Positions 41,815-50,132 of a stretch of 64,000 bases of DNA are shown here, piece by piece. The translations under genes and the position numbers were made by a program. Source of the DNA: a virus; the IMG/VR virus record IMGVR_UViG_3300022752_000057, positions 7,103 through 71,102 of that record; one strand, given 5' to 3'. Position 1 is the stretch's first letter; the number at the start of each line of letters is the position of its first letter. The notes beneath the pieces are model-generated. The model ran no database searches. It was given only the letters and a program-made list of their open reading frames with translations, and was not told the origin of the DNA.

Positions 41815-42819
41815 ATGGATTTTCTTAAAGATATTGTAAAAGAAATTGGTGGAGAATATACGCAACTTGCTGCAGATATTGATGAGACCGAAAAGTATGT
41901 TGACACGGGTTCATATATTTTTAATGCACTGGTTTCAGGTAGCATATTTGGTGGTGTATCTGGGAATAAGATTACTGCTATTGCTGGAGAGTCTTCTACT
42001 GGAAAGACTTTTTTCTCTATCGCAGTGGTTAAGAACTTTCTTGATACTCATCCCGATGGTTACTGTCTCTACTTTGACACTGAGGCTGCTATCAATAAAT
42101 CTCTTTTAGAATCCCGTGGAATTGATACTTCTCGTCTCGTGGTTATTAATGTTGTTACTATTGAAGAGTTTCGTGGAAAAGCACTCAAAGCAGTAGACCT
42201 ATACTTAAAAAAACCTGTGGAAGAACGCAAACCCTGCATGTTTGTGCTAGACTCTTTGGGTATGCTCTCAACAGAAAAAGAGATTACTGATGCACTGAAT
42301 GATAAGCAAGTTCGTGATATGACTAAATCGCAACTTGTGAAAGGTGCGTTTAGAATGTTAACTCTTAAACTAGGTCAAGCAAATGTCCCGCTCATTGTCA
42401 CAAATCATACATACGATGTCATCGGAGCTTACGTACCAACTAAGGAAATGGGAGGAGGTTCTGGACTCAAGTACGCAGCAAGTACGATCATCTATCTCAG
42501 CAAGAAGAAAGAGAAAGATGGAACAGAAGTGGTCGGAAATATTATCAAGGCTAAGACTGCTAAATCGCGTTTGAGTAAAGAAAATAAAGATGTTGAGATC
42601 CGTTTATATTATGATGAGCGCGGCCTTGATCGTTACTATGGTCTTTTGGAACTTGGTGAACTTGGTGGACTCTGGAAGAATGTAGCAGGACGCTATGAGA
42701 TTGATGGTAAGAAAATTTATGCTAAGCAAATTCTTGCAAATCCCGAAGAATATTTTACTGGTGAAGTAATGCAAAAACTTGATGAGATTGCCAAGGCCGA
42801 ATTTAAGTATGGGTCATGA
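41815..42819 (+). CDS. uvsX: RecA-like recombinase UvsX
   Basis: GESSTGKT, FDTE, LDSLG, MGGGSGLKYAAS. Confidence 0.95.
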   Translation: MDFLKDIVKEIGGEYTQLAADIDETEKYVDTGSYIFNALVSGSIFGGVSGNKITAIAGESSTGKTFFSIAVVKNFLDTHPDGYCLYFDTEAAINKSLLESRGIDTSRLVVINVVTIEEFRGKALKAVDLYLKKPVEERKPCMFVLDSLGMLSTEKEITDALNDKQVRDMTKSQLVKGAFRMLTLKLGQANVPLIVTNHTYDVIGAYVPTKEMGGGSGLKYAASTIIYLSKKKEKDGTEVVGNIIKAKTAKSRLSKENKDVEIRLYYDERGLDRYYGLLELGELGGLWKNVAGRYEIDGKKIYAKQILANPEEYFTGEVMQKLDEIAKAEFKYGS

Positions 42820-43358
42820 TCAAGATTCTCAAGACTGGAATTAATGTATCAAAAGTCGTAGATCAACTTAAAAAATATCCTCAGGACTGGGATCATCAAA
42901 AACATATTAAGGATGTTCAATCTTTAGTTGATAGAGGATTTGCAGACTTGCCTGTAAGTGCTTTGCAACTTATAATGGGTGGAGTCAAAAATAAAGAAGA
43001 TTTTGTTGGAGACTCTGAAATTAATATTAAAACGCCAGCATATGCTCATCACAGTGAGATCCGAAAAATTATTCGTAAACATTTTGGAAACAGAGAAATT
43101 CATCGGTGTGGATTTCTTTCATTACCGATCAATGAAATAGTTGGTGCTCATATTGATGAGGGAACTTATTATCTTACCAGAGATAGGTATCATCTCTCAA
43201 TTCTTGGAAGATATCAGTATTTTTGTGGAACTGATACTGTAATTGTTGAACCAGGAACACTACTTTGGTTTAATAATAAGTTACCTCATGGAACAGTTAA
43301 CATTGGCGATGAAACCCGAATAACCTTTGTATTTGATATGCCTCATGGACCAAATTGA
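42816..43358 (+). CDS. 2OG-Fe(II) oxygenase, Asp/Asn beta-hydroxylase-like
   Basis: HxD (AHID), distal His (PHG), Arg (TRI). Confidence 0.8.
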   Translation: MIKILKTGINVSKVVDQLKKYPQDWDHQKHIKDVQSLVDRGFADLPVSALQLIMGGVKNKEDFVGDSEINIKTPAYAHHSEIRKIIRKHFGNREIHRCGFLSLPINEIVGAHIDEGTYYLTRDRYHLSILGRYQYFCGTDTVIVEPGTLLWFNNKLPHGTVNIGDETRITFVFDMPHGPN

Positions 43359-44721
43359 ATTTCTTATTCTTCGCAATCTCCTTTATAATGAAAATTATCT
43401 TCGCAAAGTTATTCCATTTATAAAGTCTGAATACTTTCAAGATGTAAATCAAAAAGTTGTTTTTGAGGAAATTTTAAAATTTGTTCAGGATTATAATCAA
43501 CTAGCATCAAAAGAAGTTCTTAATATTGAAGTAGAAAAACGTAAAGACATTAATGAATCTTCATTTAAGGAAATTATTCACCTTATTGATTGTTTGGATG
43601 ATGTTCCTTCAGAATTTAATTGGTTAGTTAATACTACTGAAAAGTGGTGCCGTGATCGTGCTATTTATTTGGCACTTATGGAATCAATTCATATTGCTGA
43701 TGGAAATAATGAGAACAAAAATCGTGATGCGATTCCAAGCATTCTTTCTGATGCCTTAGCAGTATCTTTTGATAATAATATTGGACACGATTATCTTCAA
43801 AACTACGAGGAACGATATGAGTTTTATCATCGAAAAGAATCCCGAATTGAATTTGATCTTGAATACTTTAACAAAATTACCAAAGGTGGGATTCCCAACA
43901 AAACTCTTAATATTGCCTTAGCTGGAACTGGCGTGGGCAAATCTTTGTTTATGTGTCACGTAGCATCATCAGTTTTACTCCAAGGTAAGAATGTTCTCTA
44001 CATCACTCTTGAAATGGCAGAAGAACGTATTGCTGAAAGGATTGATGCAAACCTTCTCAATGTCCCAATTCAACAATTAGTAGATCTTCCTCGCCAGATG
44101 TTTGAGAATAAAGTCACGAGTTTATCTAAAAAAACTCAAGGGTCTCTTATAATTAAAGAGTATCCAACTGCTTCTGCTCATGCCGGACATTTTAAGGCAC
44201 TTCTCAATGAACTTGCTCTTAAGAAGTCGTTTAGACCTGATATTATTTTCATTGATTACCTTAATATATGTGCTTCCTCTAGGCACAAGGCAAACAACTC
44301 TATCAATTCTTATTCATATATTAAAGCGATTGCTGAGGAACTTAGGGGACTCGCAGTGGAGTTTAATGTCCCGATTGTGAGTGCGACACAAACGACAAGG
44401 AGCGGATTTGGATCATCGGACGTAGAATTAACTGATACTTCTGAGTCCTTTGGTCTTCCTGCTACTGCTGATCTTATGTTTGCCCTTATTAGCACTGAAG
44501 AGCTTGAGCAGTTGGGACAGATTATGGTGAAACAATTGAAGAATCGTTATAATGATCCAACAATTTATAAACGGTTTGTAATTGGAATTGACCGTGCTAA
44601 AATGCGATTGTATGATTGTGAACAGTCTGCACAAAAAGATATTGTTGACAGTGGACAAGAGGAAGAGTATAATTATGAAGAAACAAAAATCAAAAAAACT
44701 TTTGAGGGATTTAAATTTTGA
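43345..44721 (+). CDS. g41: Replicative DNA helicase
   Basis: AGTGVGKSL, ITLEMAE, IDYLNI, SATQTTR, QLKNRY. Confidence 0.96.
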   Translation: MDQIEFLILRNLLYNENYLRKVIPFIKSEYFQDVNQKVVFEEILKFVQDYNQLASKEVLNIEVEKRKDINESSFKEIIHLIDCLDDVPSEFNWLVNTTEKWCRDRAIYLALMESIHIADGNNENKNRDAIPSILSDALAVSFDNNIGHDYLQNYEERYEFYHRKESRIEFDLEYFNKITKGGIPNKTLNIALAGTGVGKSLFMCHVASSVLLQGKNVLYITLEMAEERIAERIDANLLNVPIQQLVDLPRQMFENKVTSLSKKTQGSLIIKEYPTASAHAGHFKALLNELALKKSFRPDIIFIDYLNICASSRHKANNSINSYSYIKAIAEELRGLAVEFNVPIVSATQTTRSGFGSSDVELTDTSESFGLPATADLMFALISTEELEQLGQIMVKQLKNRYNDPTIYKRFVIGIDRAKMRLYDCEQSAQKDIVDSGQEEEYNYEETKIKKTFEGFKF

Positions 44722-45023
44722 AATATAAATCCGAAGATTATTTTTCAGTAATTGAAATTAAAACTGGAAGAAAAATTTGTGATTGTGGAGACGAAATTGA
44801 TGCCTTAATGATGGTTTCATTTGACCCACAAAACAGAACCATTACAAGAAATCAATTCTTGATGGGACAAGTGGTTGATATTGAAATTCCAAAGCAACTT
44901 CCTACTTCAAGCATCACAGTTTCTAATACTAAAGAAGGTGGATGTACTACTAGAAAAAAACAAATTGAAGACATCACACCAAATAAACTACCTCAAAGCA
45001 ATTTAGAACCATTAAATCTATGA
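44718..45023 (+). CDS. Hypothetical protein
   Basis: 101-aa ORF coupled to both neighbours (TTG start uncertain). Confidence 0.55.
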   Translation: MKYKSEDYFSVIEIKTGRKICDCGDEIDALMMVSFDPQNRTITRNQFLMGQVVDIEIPKQLPTSSITVSNTKEGGCTTRKKQIEDITPNKLPQSNLEPLNL

Positions 45024-45433
45024 CAAAAATTATTGATACAAACAAATATGTTGAGTTTGTTCGTCAAACCACTAGTCCTGCAAGTAGTGACTTTGCACAA
45101 CTCATTACTCGCATGACAGAACTTGAGGCAAATGATGATGTCGATGTACCTCGTCTTCTGACTGCTGCTTTGGGCATGGGCGCAGAGGCAGGAGAATTTA
45201 CTGAGGTTGTAAAGAAAATTATTCTCCAAGGAAAACCTTACAATCAAGAAGCAACATTTCATCTCAAGCGTGAACTTGGTGACATCTGTTGGTATCTTGC
45301 ACAAGCCTGTATGGCACTTGATATTACTTTTGATGAAGTTCTGCAGATGAATTTTGAGAAGTTGAGTGCTCGTTATCCTGAGGGAACTTTTAATGTGTGG
45401 AGATCTGAAAATCGTGTGGAGGGAGATCTGTGA
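45020..45433 (+). CDS. mazG: MazG-like NTP pyrophosphohydrolase
   Basis: EAGEFTEVVKK, RELGDICWY, KLSARYP. Confidence 0.9.
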   Translation: MTKIIDTNKYVEFVRQTTSPASSDFAQLITRMTELEANDDVDVPRLLTAALGMGAEAGEFTEVVKKIILQGKPYNQEATFHLKRELGDICWYLAQACMALDITFDEVLQMNFEKLSARYPEGTFNVWRSENRVEGDL

Positions 45434-45615
45434 CTAAAGAAAAACAAATAGCAGTTAAAATGGATGCTCGTACTGCTGCTGCAGTTCGTCAAGTTCTATT
45501 TGATGCACAGAAAGGATATACTTATGATGAAGTAAGTGTTCCTCCTCGTGTTTCTGATATTCGTTCGGTTATTCAAACTATTGATGATGGTATTAGTGTA
45601 GTGCTTGGTGTCTAA
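45430..45615 (+). CDS. Hypothetical protein (61 aa)
   Basis: Coupled GTG-start ORF. Confidence 0.6.
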   Translation: MTKEKQIAVKMDARTAAAVRQVLFDAQKGYTYDEVSVPPRVSDIRSVIQTIDDGISVVLGV

Positions 45616-45642
45616 TAAATACTTAGAAAAAAGAAAAAAACA

Positions 45643-46158
45643 ATGTACTTTTCTGAGTGGAGAAAACAACAAAGGTTGAGAGAAGGTCTCAACCTTTTTA
45701 AACTACCAGCACATCAAATCACAGCAAAAGATTTTGATAAAATTGTGTCAGTGTTTGTTCCTTATGCAAAAAAATATTTGAAACTCAGAACTACACCAAA
45801 AATTAATTTTGTTAAAGATCAAAAATTTGCCAGTAAAGTTGGTGCATTTGGACAAATCAACGGTAAAAATCAAATTACCATTGATATTTTAGATCGGCAT
45901 CCTATGGATATTTTAAGAACTCTTTCTCACGAATTAGTTCATTTAAAGCAGCATGAGAGTGGAAAAAATGGATCTGGACATGTTGGCAGCGATACTGAAA
46001 ATGAATCTAATATGATTGCGGGTATACTGTTGAGAAAATTTGGTGCTGAGTATTCGGAACTATTTGAGTTGTCTTCTATAAAAGAAGAAGAGAAAAAGAA
46101 AAGAAAGATTAAGTCAAAAATAGATGACTATGAACATTATCCGGTAGAACTAGTTTGA
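45643..46158 (+). CDS. Zincin-like metallopeptidase domain protein
   Basis: DILRTLSHELVH..ENE.N (HEXXH plus downstream Glu). Confidence 0.75.
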   Translation: MYFSEWRKQQRLREGLNLFKLPAHQITAKDFDKIVSVFVPYAKKYLKLRTTPKINFVKDQKFASKVGAFGQINGKNQITIDILDRHPMDILRTLSHELVHLKQHESGKNGSGHVGSDTENESNMIAGILLRKFGAEYSELFELSSIKEEEKKKRKIKSKIDDYEHYPVELV

Positions 46159-46188
46159 TTTATAAATAACTAAAAAGTATTTGTAAAA

Positions 46189-47121
46189 ATGGATCCTAAA
46201 GAACTGCGTGGTTTAATGGAAGCATATTCAGAAGTTTATGCTCCTGCTGATGAACTTTATGAGGGATATATGAGTCCTGAAAAAAAGATTAAACCATCTC
46301 CAACTCGTGGTGGACGCCCAACTGGAGATATGAGAAAACCATATAATGATACTATGAGAAGACAGGATCAATTGGCAATATCAAAAGGAAAACCATATAA
46401 TGATAAAGTAAAAAAGGACAGTCCAATTCAGTATAAAAGTAATGAAGAGTATGTTGGCGAAGCAAAGAGAGTCCAAATGTATGGACAATCTGGAATGAGT
46501 AGTGATTATGATGAAAGAAACTTAAAAAATAGAGGCGATTTAAGTAAGAGAGATGCTGGATCAATCGCAAGATCACGATTAAAAGGTGAACCATCCGCAG
46601 TAGGTAGAGTAAGAGGATCTTCGCCTCACATTGACGGGCGTCGTATTAATAATGAAGAAGTAGATTTTTACGATATTGTTCTTTCATATCTCCTTGATGA
46701 GGGATATGCGGAAACAGCAGAAGCAGCAGAAGCCATTATGGTGAATATGAGTGAAGAGTGGAGAGATAGTATTCTTGATGAAGCATATGTTGATTATAGA
46801 AGAGGAAAATTACCTAGTGGTAGAACTCCTCAACAAGCAGCAAAAGGAAGAGAAAGTGCTCTAAAAGCAAGACAAAAAAAAGATGAAGTTCTTGGAAAAG
46901 GGAGCAACCCCGAAACCTACCAACAAAGAGGTAGATTGTCGAAGCAAAGTGATACAGTTTCCCAAATGGATCGCGCCACTACTCTTGGTTCAAGATTTCC
47001 TACCCGTGGGAATCCAGGTATTGTAAGAGGTGAACCAAATACTGGTCGTCATCAATCTGCAATTACTAAGAGAGACGCAATCAAAACATCGAAAGAAGCA
47101 GATAAAAAAACTAGAGGTTGA
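46189..47121 (+). CDS. 'MSEEW'-family cassette protein, copy 2
   Basis: ELRGLMEAY leader, basic cargoes, DEGYAETAEAAEAIMVNMSEEW; TATAAATA at 46161. Confidence 0.8.
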   Translation: MDPKELRGLMEAYSEVYAPADELYEGYMSPEKKIKPSPTRGGRPTGDMRKPYNDTMRRQDQLAISKGKPYNDKVKKDSPIQYKSNEEYVGEAKRVQMYGQSGMSSDYDERNLKNRGDLSKRDAGSIARSRLKGEPSAVGRVRGSSPHIDGRRINNEEVDFYDIVLSYLLDEGYAETAEAAEAIMVNMSEEWRDSILDEAYVDYRRGKLPSGRTPQQAAKGRESALKARQKKDEVLGKGSNPETYQQRGRLSKQSDTVSQMDRATTLGSRFPTRGNPGIVRGEPNTGRHQSAITKRDAIKTSKEADKKTRG

Positions 47122-47140
47122 TATCAATTAGAGGATAATA

Positions 47141-47168
47141 AAAAAGGAGGGGATAAAACCCCTCCTTT
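47141..47168. terminator. Bidirectional terminator between convergent genes
   Basis: AAAGGAGGGG-ATAAAA-CCCCTCCTTT. Confidence 0.8.
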
Positions 47169-47172
47169 AATT

Positions 47173-47376
47173 TTATTTGGAACTTACAAAATCATTAATG
47201 ATTTCTGCTTGTTTAAGAACATGTTCCAAAGTAGGAAACTCTGGAAAATCCATCTTAATAGTATTCCTAGGTTCTTCGTTCCAACAACGAGCAGTATCAT
47301 GTTCAATACTAAATTTATCATTTAGCATGTTATATGCCTGCTTAAAAATTTCAAAGCGTAGTTCGTAAGGTGTCAT
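47173..47376 (-). CDS. Small hypothetical protein; the only convincing minus-strand gene
   Basis: MTPYELRFEIFKQA..FPTLE.VL..AE.IN.FVS; AGGAG RBS upstream on the minus strand; converges on terminator. Confidence 0.75.
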   Translation of the reverse strand: MTPYELRFEIFKQAYNMLNDKFSIEHDTARCWNEEPRNTIKMDFPEFPTLEHVLKQAEIINDFVSSK

Positions 47377-47458
47377 AGGTATTCTCCTGTGTGTTTGTGT
47401 GCGATGTGTAAAACATCAAGGTGTATTTTAAACTAAATATCTAAAAAAGTCAACCGTA

Positions 47459-47692
47459 ATGAAAACCTTTCAGCAATTTTGTGAAGATGCTGCTTCTGAT
47501 TATGAAAGAGGAATGATTGCATATAGTGGGTCACCCCGCGCAAGACTTGCTGCTAGAAGAAGTGCAGCACAACAAAAATCACATACTGCATCATCAAGAT
47601 TTAGAGAAAAATCTTTACAAAAAGCAGCAGAAATAAAAGCAAGGCAACAAAAAGCAAGACAAGATTATGAAGAAAAAATGGGAAATAAATAA
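47459..47692 (+). CDS. Small basic protein with capsid-targeting-like leader
   Basis: MKTFQQFCE then Ala/Arg/Lys-rich helix. Confidence 0.7.
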   Translation: MKTFQQFCEDAASDYERGMIAYSGSPRARLAARRSAAQQKSHTASSRFREKSLQKAAEIKARQQKARQDYEEKMGNK

Positions 47693-47715
47693 ATCGCAAG
47701 GTTGCTCTAACCCAC

Positions 47716-47744
47716 TTGACTTTTAGTTGAGTGGGTTTTATAAT
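47716..47744 (+). promoter_or_regulatory. Sigma70-like promoter for tRNA-Ala
   Basis: TTGACT-17 nt-TATAAT, 10 nt before the tRNA. Confidence 0.8.
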
Positions 47745-47754
47745 GTTTAAGTGA

Positions 47755-47826
47755 GGGGTGTTCGTATAACGGTTATTACTCTGGATTTGCATTCCAGCAA
47801 TAAGGATTCGATTTCCTTACACTCCA
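47755..47826 (+). tRNA. tRNA-Ala(TGC)
   Basis: Acceptor GGGGTGT/ACACTCC with G3:U70, anticodon arm CTGGA-TTTGCAT-TCCAG, TTCGA loop, A73. Confidence 0.85.
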
Positions 47827-47857
47827 CTTCTAAATACTTGAAAAGTATTTGAGTATT

Positions 47858-48811
47858 ATGTCATCAAACACTCCTGGAGCTGATATTAATGAAATACACC
47901 TTTCCGTCCTTTTAAATGGAAACTCTTATCCGGATGCTACTACCCAACAAAAATTTTCACAAAGAGTTTCGAGTTTACTAAAACAAAATAAACGATCTGA
48001 AGTTTTAGATCAAGAAGGAAGAGCAGTGGCTCAATATAATAAATTTGTAGAATTTCTTAAAAATAAAAATATGGGATCCCCGGTGAATGCGTGGTGGACT
48101 GCTAGACCCGGATTTTCATTTAATTCTGTCATTGGATTTTCAGTCGATCAAAGAAAAAACCCTACAGATGTTTTAGTTAAGACAGATAAAGGTATTTTTT
48201 ATGGCATATCTGCAAAATCAACTAAGGCAGGAAAAACTGGATTTAAAAATCCAGGGATGGGAGCCATACAAACATCTTTAGGGTTAGGTTCTACAAAACC
48301 ATTCGATGCCATCATATCAAAATATAAATCTCAGTTGCTTTCTTCTGAACCAGCGTTGCAAAGTATTGCTGATAGTGATACTGCTAGAAATGCTTATTTC
48401 AAGAGTAATGAATCCTGGTATAAAACAAATATTATACCTGTGTACGCTTATCCTTGTTATGAAGAATTGAGAGATTATCTATACAATCATTTAACAACTA
48501 AAATGGAAGTGTGGGAGCAACAGGTATTTTTGGGTCATGATTTTTTAAATGAAGATGAAGAAACTATGAAACTTCCCTACGTTAAAATTACAGGTAGCGG
48601 ACAAAATGGAAAATATACTGCATCTCTTTTTGATCCAATAGCAGAATCTAAAATGACAAAAATTATTGCATATGGTGCGACTTTTGAAAAGAAAATTACT
48701 ACTGCACAAAATAGCATTCAAGTAAAGGCAAATAATCAAGACTTATTTCAAATTAGGTGGAAATTTGGCGAAAGAGCTTTTGCCTCTTCTATGAAATTGG
48801 AGGGAGCGTAA
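47858..48811 (+). CDS. Putative PD-(D/E)XK-fold (restriction-like) endonuclease
   Basis: DINE..., NPTDVLV..YGISAK pattern; weak motif evidence only. Confidence 0.55.
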   Translation: MSSNTPGADINEIHLSVLLNGNSYPDATTQQKFSQRVSSLLKQNKRSEVLDQEGRAVAQYNKFVEFLKNKNMGSPVNAWWTARPGFSFNSVIGFSVDQRKNPTDVLVKTDKGIFYGISAKSTKAGKTGFKNPGMGAIQTSLGLGSTKPFDAIISKYKSQLLSSEPALQSIADSDTARNAYFKSNESWYKTNIIPVYAYPCYEELRDYLYNHLTTKMEVWEQQVFLGHDFLNEDEETMKLPYVKITGSGQNGKYTASLFDPIAESKMTKIIAYGATFEKKITTAQNSIQVKANNQDLFQIRWKFGERAFASSMKLEGA

Positions 48812-48844
48812 AAATTAATAAATAAAGGTATAAGAACAAACAAT

Positions 48845-50125
48845 ATGAAGAGTTTTTTCCAATTTTTATCTGAAGCAGCTGAGTCGCAAGCAGCGATGCA
48901 GGCGAAGAAACTTGGTTTGCGTGGAGATGGGCATGGCGGATGGGTAGATCGTGCTGGAAAATATGTTGCAAGAACTGAGAAAGGAAAACTTGAATTTATT
49001 AATAAAAGACAAGCGGGGCAGCAACAACCAACAGCAGAGAAGCAACCTGCAGGATCCGCTCCAACTGCACAACCTCAAGCAGCACAAGCACCAGCCCCAG
49101 CAGCACCACAAGCACCTGGAGCAACCCCACAAGGTCAGGAACAACCACAAGAATTCCCTCCACTGACTGTTGTATTTGGTCGTTTTAACCCACCAACGGT
49201 TGGTCACGAAAAACTTCTGAAGTCTGCAAAGAGAATTTCTGCTGGTGGAGACATTAAGATCTATCCATCAAGAACTGTAGATCCAAAGAAAAATCCACTG
49301 GATCCCAATAAAAAAGTTTCGTTTATGAAGAAGATGTTCCCTGAGTTTAAGGACAACATCATTAACGATGATGAAATGAAGAGTATTTTTAACGTTTTAA
49401 TTACTGCAAATGAAGATGGATATGCTACTGTTAATATAGTAGTTGGTTCAGATCGTCAAGCAGAATTTGAGAATCTTGCACAGAAGTATAATGGAGATCT
49501 TTACAATTTTGATTTAATTCGTGTCGTTTCTGCTGGTGTTCGTGATGCTGATGCTGAGGGTGTAGAGGGAATGTCAGCATCTAAAATGAGAAAGGCAGTA
49601 ATGGATGATGACTTTGATTCATTCCGCAGAGGAACACCAAAAACACTTGATGATGGAGATACACAAAATCTGTTTAATGCAGTTCGTCAAGGAATGGGAG
49701 TAAAGAAAACAAAGGTTAAAAAAGAATCATACTCTCTTTGGGAGATTGCTCCAAAGTATGATATGAGAAATCTTCGTGAGAATTATGTAAGAGGAAAAAT
49801 TTTTAGAATTGGCGATAAAGTTCAGAACTTAAATACTGGATTGATTGGTGAAGTCATGCGTAGAGGAACCAATCATTTAATCTGTGTGACCGAAGAAGGA
49901 TATATGTTTAAGTCTTGGATTAAAGATTTGATGGAATATACTGAAGTCAAGATGGATAAAATGTATAGATTACCAGGAAAACCCAATACACTTGCAGGTA
50001 CAACTGGATATTTAAAGTATGCAGTCCAACAAACTCCTGGATCAAAACTTGGAAAGGAAAACCTCCAACAGGGTGGTAGAGCATTTTTGGATTTCATAAA
50101 TAAGTATAAGGTAAAAAGTAAGTAG
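48845..50125 (+). CDS. HIGH-family nucleotidyltransferase (cytidyltransferase-like) with capsid-targeting-like leader
   Basis: FGRFNPPTVGH, VVGSDR, MSASKMR; MKSFFQFLSE start. Confidence 0.85.
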   Translation: MKSFFQFLSEAAESQAAMQAKKLGLRGDGHGGWVDRAGKYVARTEKGKLEFINKRQAGQQQPTAEKQPAGSAPTAQPQAAQAPAPAAPQAPGATPQGQEQPQEFPPLTVVFGRFNPPTVGHEKLLKSAKRISAGGDIKIYPSRTVDPKKNPLDPNKKVSFMKKMFPEFKDNIINDDEMKSIFNVLITANEDGYATVNIVVGSDRQAEFENLAQKYNGDLYNFDLIRVVSAGVRDADAEGVEGMSASKMRKAVMDDDFDSFRRGTPKTLDDGDTQNLFNAVRQGMGVKKTKVKKESYSLWEIAPKYDMRNLRENYVRGKIFRIGDKVQNLNTGLIGEVMRRGTNHLICVTEEGYMFKSWIKDLMEYTEVKMDKMYRLPGKPNTLAGTTGYLKYAVQQTPGSKLGKENLQQGGRAFLDFINKYKVKSK

Positions 50126-50132
50126 AATTGCA

